Assembly: GCA_011364905.1 (NCBI GenBank)
Contig: RDNZ01000023.1
Location: 1 to 46,044 of the forward strand
DNA from: Candidatus Thorarchaeota archaeon
GTDB taxonomy: Archaea > Asgardarchaeota > Thorarchaeia > Thorarchaeales > Thorarchaeaceae
Direction: 5' to 3'
DNA length: 46,044 nucleotides
Below are positions 1 through 8,686 of this stretch, one piece after another (the stretch's first letter is position 1; every line of letters begins with the position of its first letter). The notes under the pieces are model-generated. The model worked only from the letters and a program-made list of their open reading frames with translations. It ran no database searches and was not told the origin of the DNA. Position numbers and translations under genes: made by a program.

Positions 1-61
1 CGATTAGAATGACCAATGATAACCATCTAGTCATGACTAATGTTTTGTGAGTACCCTCCAT
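1..61 (-). CDS. Possible 5' end of a secreted/membrane protein running off the left edge (MEGTHKTLVMTRWLSLVILI...)
   Basis: Minus-strand frame open from ATG at 61 (or 34) to the window edge, ending in a hydrophobic signal-like stretch; only 20 codons are visible. Confidence 0.3.
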   Translation of the reverse strand, partial: MEGTHKTLVMTRWLSLVILI

Positions 62-288
62 CGCTAACCATGACAATCCTGCATCAAAATCCAATGAAGT
101 TTTCTATTCACATTCAAAAGAACTAAGAAACAATGTTGCAGCCTGAAGCCTGTCAAGATAGTTGTATAGGCTAAGATTGCTCCTTGATCAACACCATGAG
201 GTAAAGGCGCGGACACACAGAGAAGCAATACGTATGTGCCTCCGTGCATAGGATTACTTAAGGGCGGGAAGCGCCTCTGAAGTGTACT

Positions 289-975
289 ATGATTCTAGAA
301 GTTTACAGCGTCGTCTTTTGGGCCTTCGCCATTGTTTCAACCTATCTACAAGACAAGGCGGCAACAGGCGAGAAAAAGCTCATGTCGATGACTACTCTGG
401 TCAAACTGATCCCAGCTTTGAGTGCGGTTATATCTGTCATCCTTTTGCGCTTACCCACGCTGTTCACTATTCTGCTGGCTGCAGCACTCGTATTCTGTAT
501 GCTTGGAGATGTAGGTATGGAAGTTGATCTTGTCCCAGGGATAGGCATGTTTCTGATTGCGCATATTCTCTACACAACAAACTTCCTTTGGACATCTGCA
601 ACTATTGGACTGCTAGTGATCCCGAGCCTGATATCGGGTGCGTGTTTCATACTTGCAGTGATCTATGTGATTTGGCTAATCAGGTACCTGCGTTCTTCCG
701 GTCCGGAGATACCTCCCTTCATACTTCGGGCGGGAATATTCTACTTCATACTTGTAGCAGCAACGATTGGCACATCTGTACTGCTTTGGCAGACCTCATC
801 AATCGCACTGGGACTACTGCCCGTAATTGGTGCTCTATTCTTCATACTCTCTGACTCACTCATCGCGATCAATGCATTCCATCATGATATAACACACCAC
901 GAGCTTTACATCATGCCAACCTACTACCTGGCAATCTTCCTGCTCTCTCTTGGAGCGTTCGTGTTTCCGTTCTAG
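289..975 (+). CDS. YhhN/TMEM86 (lysoplasmalogenase-like) membrane protein
   Basis: Multi-TM 228 aa with family motifs K-x-x-P (VKLIP), LGD, F-x-x-AH-x-x-Y, GA-x-x-F-x-x-SD-S-L-I-A and TYY. Confidence 0.8.
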   Translation: MILEVYSVVFWAFAIVSTYLQDKAATGEKKLMSMTTLVKLIPALSAVISVILLRLPTLFTILLAAALVFCMLGDVGMEVDLVPGIGMFLIAHILYTTNFLWTSATIGLLVIPSLISGACFILAVIYVIWLIRYLRSSGPEIPPFILRAGIFYFILVAATIGTSVLLWQTSSIALGLLPVIGALFFILSDSLIAINAFHHDITHHELYIMPTYYLAIFLLSLGAFVFPF

Positions 976-1046
976 AGAGAACACATCTGTGGGCCGGTTA
1001 CAAAGTTTGATAAGATTAGTCATCCTCAGAGGCTGAGGGGACATGC

Positions 1047-2312
1047 TTGAATAACAACGAGCTGTTGGAAGCAATAGAAGCAAAACTGGACCAGTTGAAT
1101 CCAGCGGAGCTACTTGAGCCAGAGAGCTTGCGTCCCGTTGCTATTATGACTAGAGAGAGAAGGCAGCTTGCGGAACTCGAGAAGGAGTTTCTCCAGAGAC
1201 TTGAGGAGTTGAAGTCAGAAAAAAGAGTCACAAGAATAATCACACGACTTGCCAATGTCTATCTCTCAGAAGCGGGTTTTGGTCGAGCAATAGTTCTCTA
1301 TGAATTGACATTGGGTCAAGACAGTAGCCAGGTCAATGCATGGATAAACATGGGACTCGCCTATCTGATGCTATCGAGTCCAAAGGAGGCTATTAGTTGT
1401 CTTGGGAGTGCGTTGGCGATTGACCAGAGAAATGCTCTTGCAATGGTGTACATCGCAAAGGCCCAACTCAAGCTAGGAGAGCTTAATGAGGCAAATATAA
1501 ACCTCGATCGGGCTTTGTTCATCGATTCGAATTTGACTCGTGCTTTGCTTGGAAAGGGCCTATACTTTCGTGCAAAGGGTGATCCGGAAGTAGCTGTGAC
1601 TTGGTTGCGGCGTGCCCTGTCCATGGACCCGAAGTTTCTTCCAGCCTTAATGGAGCTTGGCAGCGTCTATTTGGCCTTAAAGAGGTACGATGAAGCCATC
1701 GATATTTTGAATCAAGCACTCAATCTGGACCCAGATCAATCATTCGCACTATCTACGCTAGGGGAGGTCTATAACGAACAACACGATTTGGAGTCTGCGC
1801 TTTACTACTTTGACAAGGCTGTGAGTATCAAGTTTGACGATCCCGAACTGTGGATAAAGAAGGGAGACATTCACAAAGCACTGAAGTCATATCAGCAGGC
1901 CTCCAATGCATATCAAAAAGCGATCAATGCTGATCCAGAGTGCGTAGAGGCATGGGTAAGGAATGGTGCAGTGATGCTTCTCCTCGGAGACGAAGGAACA
2001 GCTCTGGAACACCTCAATACCGCGCTTGCCCTTGACCCAACGAACGCAGAAGTGACACATCAGAGGGGACTCATTTACTACTCACTAGAGAGGTATGAGG
2101 AGGCATTCGCAGACTTTGACGTTGCGTTCTCTAATGACCCAGGTAATCCAGAGAATCTCTATTATCGTGCGTTGATGCTAGAACTGCTGGATAGAAAAGA
2201 AGAAGCGAAACGGACATGGACTGTTGCGCAGCGGCTTTATGATGAGGCTGGAAACATTGTAAAATCCACTGAGTGCAAAACAAGAGCCAGAAGACTCAGC
2301 CAAACTCATTGA
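1047..2312 (+). CDS. Tetratricopeptide repeat protein
   Basis: About 10 consecutive 34-aa TPR-like units (e.g. AWINMGLAYLML...A..ID; ALMELGSVY...A..LDP) after an N-terminal coiled-coil; TTG start preceded by GAGGGG. Confidence 0.9.
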   Translation: MNNNELLEAIEAKLDQLNPAELLEPESLRPVAIMTRERRQLAELEKEFLQRLEELKSEKRVTRIITRLANVYLSEAGFGRAIVLYELTLGQDSSQVNAWINMGLAYLMLSSPKEAISCLGSALAIDQRNALAMVYIAKAQLKLGELNEANINLDRALFIDSNLTRALLGKGLYFRAKGDPEVAVTWLRRALSMDPKFLPALMELGSVYLALKRYDEAIDILNQALNLDPDQSFALSTLGEVYNEQHDLESALYYFDKAVSIKFDDPELWIKKGDIHKALKSYQQASNAYQKAINADPECVEAWVRNGAVMLLLGDEGTALEHLNTALALDPTNAEVTHQRGLIYYSLERYEEAFADFDVAFSNDPGNPENLYYRALMLELLDRKEEAKRTWTVAQRLYDEAGNIVKSTECKTRARRLSQTH

Positions 2313-2390
2313 GATTGACACACTTGCGATGTCAGTCACCATCATTGTTATTAATAAAAAGTGAACAAAATCTGACGGCAATGAACAGAA

Positions 2391-3392
2391 ATGACAGAGG
2401 ACTATGAAAGGTTAGTAAGAAGAAACGGTCGCAAAGTGAAATGGAGCGAGTTCGTAGGCTCTACGACTTTTATTGAATCCAAGAATTTAGCTCGGCAAGT
2501 AGGGTGTGAGAGATTATATCTGAAATTTGAGGGAGGAAACCCTACAGGAACGCAGAAAGATCGTATCGCCCTTGCGATTATGGACTCTGCAAAACAGCAG
2601 AACGCTACTGCTGTGACAGCAGCAAGCTGCGGTAATTTTGGAGCAGCTCTCGCATGGGCGGCAAGAGTGTTTGACATCCCAGCGCACATATTCATCCCAG
2701 AGGGGTATCATGTACCTAAGGACCGTATGAAACGCATTAAGGAAACCGGAGCTGAGCTTCATTTTGCTCCAGGCCAGTACGAGGACCTTGTGGAACTGTC
2801 AAAGAAGACAGCAGTAGAGGAAGGATGGTTTGATGCAAATCCAGGAGGGGAAAGCGTCAAAGACATATCTATTGAAGCATATGCGGACATTTCAAATGAG
2901 ATCTACAGGGATATTCGAAGAGCGCCACACTTCGTCTTTGTTCCTGTTGGGAACGGAACGACTATTGCTGGTGTTCATCTAGGGTTCAAGAAATTGTATG
3001 AAGCCGGAAAGATTCCATTCATGCCAAAAATGGTCGCAACAAGTACCAGACGAGGTAATTCGATTGTCAAGTCTTTCAAGATGAACAGTCGCATCGTTCA
3101 GGACCTCGGTAGGGATGAAATAAAAGAAACCAAATTCAACGAACCCCTTACCAATTGGCACGCATACGACGGGCAAGACGCACTGGACGCCATCTATGAG
3201 TCCAACGGATTTGCAGATTATGCATCTGAGGTAAAGATGATCGAGTTCTCCAAACTGCTCCGACAGGAGGAAGGTCTCTATGTTCTTCCTGCTGCAGCAA
3301 GCACCCTTGCCGTGATGCACAGCCTTGCTGATGATAAGGTCACCATGAAGGGGACCTTTGCAGCTCTGCTTACTGGTCGTGATTTCGAATAG
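2391..3392 (+). CDS. PLP-dependent fold-type II enzyme, threonine synthase-like
   Basis: LKFEGGNPTGTQKDR (PLP Lys), ASCGNFG, PVGNGT phosphate loop, terminal LTG. Confidence 0.85.
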   Translation: MTEDYERLVRRNGRKVKWSEFVGSTTFIESKNLARQVGCERLYLKFEGGNPTGTQKDRIALAIMDSAKQQNATAVTAASCGNFGAALAWAARVFDIPAHIFIPEGYHVPKDRMKRIKETGAELHFAPGQYEDLVELSKKTAVEEGWFDANPGGESVKDISIEAYADISNEIYRDIRRAPHFVFVPVGNGTTIAGVHLGFKKLYEAGKIPFMPKMVATSTRRGNSIVKSFKMNSRIVQDLGRDEIKETKFNEPLTNWHAYDGQDALDAIYESNGFADYASEVKMIEFSKLLRQEEGLYVLPAAASTLAVMHSLADDKVTMKGTFAALLTGRDFE

Positions 3393-3400
3393 ATTGAAGC

Positions 3401-3943
3401 TCACAGGATCAGACGCATGGTGATATTCCCATCGTCCTCAATGCACTCAACAACAAATCCCATGTTCTCATAGAATTGCTGCAATGGAATCCCAATCTCA
3501 TTCTCAGCCTCTGTGTCGAGCACAATCGCTGAGAACTCATTCTGTGTTGCCCACTTGATTATCGATGAGAGCATAATTTTGCCTATGCCTTTTCCTCTTG
3601 TTTTGACAGCAAAAGTATCAAGGTAGAAGGTCGTTCCTTGACTCTCTTCTAAAGCATAGCCTAGAATCATGCCTTCTGGGTTCGCACCCACTAAAATGAA
3701 AAGAAGTAGTACCTGTTTTTTCTTCATCCTAGTTTGGAGTTCTTCAGTGGTGTAGCGGAGGGTTTCTCTGAAGGATTGCATTTCAATATCCTTGAACCAT
3801 TGTTCATATTGATTAGACCAGGAGTCGGGAATGACGATATGCACCTCATCTCCCAGAAAAGGAACAAGATTCATGCGCATTATTTCCCAGACCTGCTGAG
3901 AAGACGAATAAGACATAGATGAGGTCCTCACCCAAAGTGTCAC
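3401..3943 (-). CDS. GNAT family N-acetyltransferase (start uncertain)
   Basis: YLDTFAV..RGKGIGK motif A and FYENMGF; GTG start overlaps the TGA of the upstream ATP-grasp gene (GTGA). Confidence 0.85.
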   Translation of the reverse strand: MTLWVRTSSMSYSSSQQVWEIMRMNLVPFLGDEVHIVIPDSWSNQYEQWFKDIEMQSFRETLRYTTEELQTRMKKKQVLLLFILVGANPEGMILGYALEESQGTTFYLDTFAVKTRGKGIGKIMLSSIIKWATQNEFSAIVLDTEAENEIGIPLQQFYENMGFVVECIEDDGNITMRLIL

Positions 3944-4935
3944 TTGTTAAGACCGTATCTCCGAGCCGCTGACTCAATGAGTCTTTGAATCAGTTGATCG
4001 TAGGTGTAACCAGACTTCTCAGCCATATATGGATAGAAGGAAATGTCTTGGTTATCAGGGTCGAAGTCCATTCCTGGTAATGGATTGATTTCTAGAAAGT
4101 ATATCTCTTCATTATCATCCATTCGGTAATCAATCCTCGCAAAGTCCGGAACCTCAAGTAGTCTGCATATCTCAATAGAGACCTGTCCAATCTTCTTCTT
4201 CAAGTCGCTCCGAACCTTTGCAGGGCATATGTAGTGGTCTAGACCCTCGTAGATTGTCTTGGCTTTTTGCCCGTAAACTCCGCCAACTTCGGAGGGAAAC
4301 CTCGAGAAGTCTATCTCAAGTAAGGCAAGAACATGAGGTTTAGGGCCAAGACAATCCAAGACGCCAACACTGAACTCACGTCCTTGAATGAATTGCTCCA
4401 CCAGGATTGGTTGCTGATATTCCTTTACCATGGAACCGAGCTTTTTGACAAGCTGTTTTTTGTCTGATACAACATTGTCCTCATTGATACCAACTGAAGA
4501 CCCCTCTTCGTTCGGTTTTAGAATGACTGGAAAAATGAAGTCAAGTTTGTTGACCTGTCTAGTACTGGACAGGATGTGAAATTGAGGTGTCACAACATTA
4601 TGGAATGCGAGAAACTTCTTCGTCCAACCTTTGTTCAGACATACTGCAGTTGAAAGGACATTAGCTCCAACATAGGGGATGCCAAGCATCTCCAAGATTG
4701 CAGGGATATGAGACTCGCGACTTTCGCCACGAACCCCTTCCGACCTGTTAAACACCAGATCTGGTTTTACTTGCTTCAGTGTTTCAAGTATATTCTCGTC
4801 AGCTTCGATGAAGATGTAGTCATGACCCGCTGACTCAATTCCATGTTTAATCATCTCTACGGTATGAGGCGGATCGTATTCAACTTCGAATTCCGACTCA
4901 TCCTTCCGCGTGTTAAGTACTAAAGCAACTCTCAT
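3940..4935 (-). CDS. D-alanine--D-alanine ligase-like ATP-grasp enzyme
   Basis: LEMLGIPYVG, NKGWTK, KPNEEGSSVGI, EQFIQGREF, ARIDYR, FLEINPLPG; lacks the canonical Ddl GG-x-S-x-E-H N-terminal motif. Confidence 0.85.
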   Translation of the reverse strand: MRVALVLNTRKDESEFEVEYDPPHTVEMIKHGIESAGHDYIFIEADENILETLKQVKPDLVFNRSEGVRGESRESHIPAILEMLGIPYVGANVLSTAVCLNKGWTKKFLAFHNVVTPQFHILSSTRQVNKLDFIFPVILKPNEEGSSVGINEDNVVSDKKQLVKKLGSMVKEYQQPILVEQFIQGREFSVGVLDCLGPKPHVLALLEIDFSRFPSEVGGVYGQKAKTIYEGLDHYICPAKVRSDLKKKIGQVSIEICRLLEVPDFARIDYRMDDNEEIYFLEINPLPGMDFDPDNQDISFYPYMAEKSGYTYDQLIQRLIESAARRYGLNK

Positions 4936-5008
4936 GAAACTTCGCCCAAATTTGTGTACACTTTCGTATAAATCCTTAATACATCGTCAAACTGGGGGAT
5001 TCAACCAG

Positions 5009-6376
5009 TTATAGCTCAAAAGATTCAATCTCTTCTTTGAAAATCGTCATGACTCTATCCTTCAGGTCCGCAGGAACGCTGATTGGTTCATAGAGGGTTA
5101 TGAACTTCTTGAAGAGCTCATCCTCACGATCTTTGGCTTTATCATACAGCTCGGATGCTTTGAAATCATCAATTAGCTCCCCTTTTGCATTCTTTCTGAC
5201 TGCCGAATAGAATGCGAATAATTGTTCGTCCATTGCGGTTTCTGAGTGAAGATAGGTGAGATTTGATTTGCCTCCGAGAAGCGTAAACTGATTCTTATGC
5301 GTCCTGTTGAGCATGTTTTCGCGGAATCCTACCTGGGCTGGATCAACCCCACCTCCGACACAGAGAAGGTACATCTTAGCGCATACTGAGCAGTTGTGGC
5401 ACCATCTGTAGTCCCTACCAGCCTCAGTCTCAGTGAAGCAGCTCATCTGGTACTTTGCAATGTCCGGATACCTATGAGCAAGGATTCTCTGCACCATCAT
5501 GTCCATCAAGGGTTCAATGAGACTGCCAGTTCCCACGGATCTACCTGAGAACATTTTCGTCATCTGATCGATGTGTACAGTCCAGTTGTGTGTCTGATCC
5601 CAACACGGATTCACGAGCCAACCATATTTGTCCATATACGTTGCAGAAGTCGTTTGTTCGTTGCCAAATAGAATGTACTTGCCCTGAAGTGCATATGCCA
5701 AGGGGATGCATTCTAGTGCGTACTCGGTGGACTGGAGCGCCCAACCAAACTCAGAGAAAGGAAGTCCAAGATAGGGATAGTCCCGAAGTTTCCCAGTTTC
5801 ATGTGCTACAATATGAAGTTCCTTATTGAACTCCTTTTTGAACTGCTCAGCCAGAGCTGTCTTGTGTTTCTCCTCGTAAGTCATACTGTGTTCTATGATG
5901 TATGCCATCTCGGGATCAAGTCCCAATTCTCTGGCAACAGCATAAGTGAGAAGACTGTCTTTCCCAAAACTCATACCGACGATAGCACGAAAACCATCCT
6001 CAACTGGTTCATCGGAAGGTATCTTCACAACAGGGTCCGAGAATCGATATTGAGTATTGAAATACCTCCGAACATATTCTACAGTGTCGGTACCATCGAC
6101 CTCAGTACAGGACGGGATATCGCGGAAGAAGTTCTCAACAAAATACGACTCGAGAAGTGGACGGCCTGAATGATATACAATCTCTGGAGTATCGAAGATT
6201 ATAGGAAGGTGCATGGTTGTTGCTAGTGCCAGGTTGTCAACTAACGCAAGTCTTGTCTGTTCTGGAGTCTTTCGCCAGAAGTTCTTTGGGTATATCACAG
6301 GCAATGGGTCGTTTTTGTAGATGACTTCGAATCCATTTTCGATTGACTTCGAATGTATCTCGAGCATGGTAAACAC
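5009..6376 (-). CDS. MurL-like / QueC-related PP-loop ATP pyrophosphatase with Cys cluster (putative ATP-dependent peptide epimerase)
   Basis: PP-loop SFGKDS, FGNE, VNPCW, SLIEPL and SC-x12-CxxCxxC; motif order matches my recollection of MurL; about 450 aa. Confidence 0.6.
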   Translation of the reverse strand: MFTMLEIHSKSIENGFEVIYKNDPLPVIYPKNFWRKTPEQTRLALVDNLALATTMHLPIIFDTPEIVYHSGRPLLESYFVENFFRDIPSCTEVDGTDTVEYVRRYFNTQYRFSDPVVKIPSDEPVEDGFRAIVGMSFGKDSLLTYAVARELGLDPEMAYIIEHSMTYEEKHKTALAEQFKKEFNKELHIVAHETGKLRDYPYLGLPFSEFGWALQSTEYALECIPLAYALQGKYILFGNEQTTSATYMDKYGWLVNPCWDQTHNWTVHIDQMTKMFSGRSVGTGSLIEPLMDMMVQRILAHRYPDIAKYQMSCFTETEAGRDYRWCHNCSVCAKMYLLCVGGGVDPAQVGFRENMLNRTHKNQFTLLGGKSNLTYLHSETAMDEQLFAFYSAVRKNAKGELIDDFKASELYDKAKDREDELFKKFITLYEPISVPADLKDRVMTIFKEEIESFEL

Positions 6377-6433
6377 AAACTAGACATGATGAGTTTCGAA
6401 TAACTCTTGCTGCATTGAATTAAACGCATCGAT

Positions 6434-7144
6434 TCATTCCTGTTCTTCAGAGGATTGTGATGAATTGCCCGCGCTCTCTGATTTGTTCGCTTTGCCCTTC
6501 TTGAGGCTCTTTTTTTTTTGTCGCTCCCGTTCTTCTTTTTCTTCCTTCTTTTTCTCACGATCGTATTGCTGCCTCTTTTCTTCAATATCAAGGATAAAGC
6601 CAACATCTGAGAAAGCTAATTTCAAACGACTCTCGAAGATCACAAAGATGATAATCAAGATGACCAAATCGACAATAACCATTCCAAGGAGAATATACGA
6701 TAATATCTGAATTAGTAGACTCTGATCTGAAACGATAGGTGTAAGGAAGTTGGCAATTTGAGTCCAAATATATTGAGTGATCACGAGAGCGATGTAACCT
6801 GAGATCAAAATCAGGACTCGATGTATTCGTTGATACTTGAGAAATCGTTCTGTTTCGAACTCCGGGAATGTCTGAGTTCTTGTGATATAGGGGATGAACT
6901 CATCTCGATACCAATTGATACCGACATGGATTACATAGACTCCTCCTGTTACTGCAAGCAGAAGAGGTGGTAATAGACCAGTACCGACACCCCATGAAAA
7001 CCACCCATCCGAGAAGCTGAAAACAGAGATTATGAAGCCAAGCACGATGTGAGCAAGAAGAACATATTTTTGGAAATCATCATGAGTAGATGGTTTGAGA
7101 CTTGACCAGTCGTAGCCCTCGTCTTCATTGCTTTCTGGTTCCAT
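6434..7144 (-). CDS. Hypothetical 4-TM membrane protein with Lys/Glu-rich C-terminal tail
   Basis: Hydrophobic segments and a charged tail; ATG at 7144 preceded by GGAGG. Confidence 0.7.
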   Translation of the reverse strand: MEPESNEDEGYDWSSLKPSTHDDFQKYVLLAHIVLGFIISVFSFSDGWFSWGVGTGLLPPLLLAVTGGVYVIHVGINWYRDEFIPYITRTQTFPEFETERFLKYQRIHRVLILISGYIALVITQYIWTQIANFLTPIVSDQSLLIQILSYILLGMVIVDLVILIIIFVIFESRLKLAFSDVGFILDIEEKRQQYDREKKKEEKEERERQKKKSLKKGKANKSESAGNSSQSSEEQE

Positions 7145-7260
7145 TCTTAAACCTCCAAACACTTGTCATCGCTAGTAGAAATCAGTCTATTAATTCATCG
7201 ATGACAAGAGGAAGATGGAACCTACATAAGATTCGGTACGACTGCTGCGAATTAGTAACG

Positions 7261-7293
7261 AAAAAAAGAAGAGAATAGAGGGGAGAACCCCTC
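7261..7293 (-). terminator. Hairpin + U-rich terminator of the 10626-7304 operon
   Basis: Minus strand GAGGGG-TTCT-CCCCTC followed by TATTCTCTTCTTTTTTT, about 10 nt after the stop at 7304. Confidence 0.7.
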
Positions 7294-7303
7294 CGATTTG
7301 ATA

Positions 7304-8056
7304 CTATGTGAAGATTGCTGTAATTCCACCGATTGATGTTTCAATGATAACTGTCAGCGTCTGTGATGCAGTATTGTAGTCTGTTGACTCATAGTGCTTG
7401 GAAGTGATCTCAGTCCAACCAGGCGCCGTGATGTCAACACCACCGAAGCCCGTGATGCATTCCACGCTGCCTCCAATGCCGGATGGAACATCAACTACTG
7501 CACTAGTGCCTCCAGCTGAGGTCTTAAGGTTGAATGTCGCATTTCCTACTAGAACAACATCATCAGTCATAACCAGAGATATTCCACTTGCTTCAGTTGT
7601 GAGAGAAATATCTCCCACATGTGCACCATTAACAAGTTTCACATCGAGTCCCCCAGAATTAACATCAACGTTGAACGTATAGTTCACACCAGTACCAAGA
7701 GTGATATTCACTCCAGCAGCTGTGTAATCAAGACCAATCGTGTTACTAGCGAAGGTAACTGAAGGGTTACCATCCCTCTCTAGGGTATTGTTTTGAACCT
7801 CCACATCTATCTGATACAACAGGGAGGCATTATCAACGAATGTTATTGATAGACCGCCTGCATCCAGATTAATGTCCAATATTACTGTGCCAGTGGTGGC
7901 TCCGACTTCTCCATCAAAATGGAACTCGGTGGTGCTTGTATTCCAGTTAAACCAGCTAGACCCATAGAAGGATAAAGCTCCAACAGCTACGGCGCCTACT
8001 ATTATAACTGCAAGTATGCACACAACCATGCTTGTATTTCTTTGATAATTACTCAT
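7304..8056 (-). CDS. Membrane-anchored beta-repeat protein (DUF4097/LiaG-like adhesin-type fold)
   Basis: N-terminal TM helix, then Gly/Thr/Val-rich repeats (LDAGGLSI, VNSGGLDV, TSAGGTSA, TSIGGITA). Confidence 0.6.
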   Translation of the reverse strand: MSNYQRNTSMVVCILAVIIVGAVAVGALSFYGSSWFNWNTSTTEFHFDGEVGATTGTVILDINLDAGGLSITFVDNASLLYQIDVEVQNNTLERDGNPSVTFASNTIGLDYTAAGVNITLGTGVNYTFNVDVNSGGLDVKLVNGAHVGDISLTTEASGISLVMTDDVVLVGNATFNLKTSAGGTSAVVDVPSGIGGSVECITGFGGVDITAPGWTEITSKHYESTDYNTASQTLTVIIETSIGGITAIFT

Positions 8057-8684
8057 TTCTTACACCTTTTCTGTGAGACCGTAGAAAAGCGTGCCAGTTT
8101 GTTCTAAGGTCTCTATATTGCGAATCTTCTTCCAGAGCAAAGCGACGCATGATTCGCGATGCATCACCTCGTACTGAGGAGGACAGTTCGTCTAAAGCCT
8201 CCTCATTCACGACAAGATTTCGAGAGCTTATCTCATTCTCTCGATGTATCAACGCAGTGAGGAGCTCCATGGCCTCGTCAATCTGATGCTCTGGAACATC
8301 TATACCATAGACTGAGAGGCTACTGATTATGGACCTCAAGCGTTTTGTCGTATCATCCCCAGTGGCTTGAACCATTTCACTGATACCCATCCTATACTCT
8401 CGGGCAGATGCTCGATAGTATCTCTGGACTATACCAGTCTGGGTCTGTTCTGTTCGTTCTTCAAAGACAAGACCAGCTTCCTTCAGCTTCTGGATATGAT
8501 GCAGGATGGTTCCTGGATTCTTGCCTGTGACTTCTGACAACTGTTTGACTGTCATCGAGTCTTTCACTAGATAGTCAAACATTATCTTGGCTCGGGTAGG
8601 CTCCATGAGCAGTTTGATCAGTTTCTTGTCTTCGATGACTTCCATGTCGCTGATATGTCGTTTTCTCTTCCTGGAGCCGCTCAT
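8049..8684 (-). CDS. ArsR/HTH_20-like winged-helix transcriptional regulator
   Basis: L..PTRAKI...MTVKQLSE..GKNPGTILHHIQKLKEAGLV...QRYY. Confidence 0.85.
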   Translation of the reverse strand: MSGSRKRKRHISDMEVIEDKKLIKLLMEPTRAKIMFDYLVKDSMTVKQLSEVTGKNPGTILHHIQKLKEAGLVFEERTEQTQTGIVQRYYRASAREYRMGISEMVQATGDDTTKRLRSIISSLSVYGIDVPEHQIDEAMELLTALIHRENEISSRNLVVNEEALDELSSSVRGDASRIMRRFALEEDSQYRDLRTNWHAFLRSHRKGVRNE

Positions 8685-8686
8685 TA

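Noticed and set aside
64-249. 61-aa minus-strand ORF and a possible hairpin at about 207-247
   Set aside because: No recognisable motifs; the stem is short and bulged, does not match tRNA, SECIS or riboswitch patterns I can support, and probably lies in a divergent promoter region
3940-6376. Peptidoglycan biosynthesis
   Set aside because: The ligase lacks canonical Ddl substrate motifs and no MurA-G/MraY genes are present in the window
6377-6436. Read-through fusion of the membrane protein with the MurL-like gene (same frame, TGA stop)
   Set aside because: A second in-frame stop (TAG) lies in the spacer
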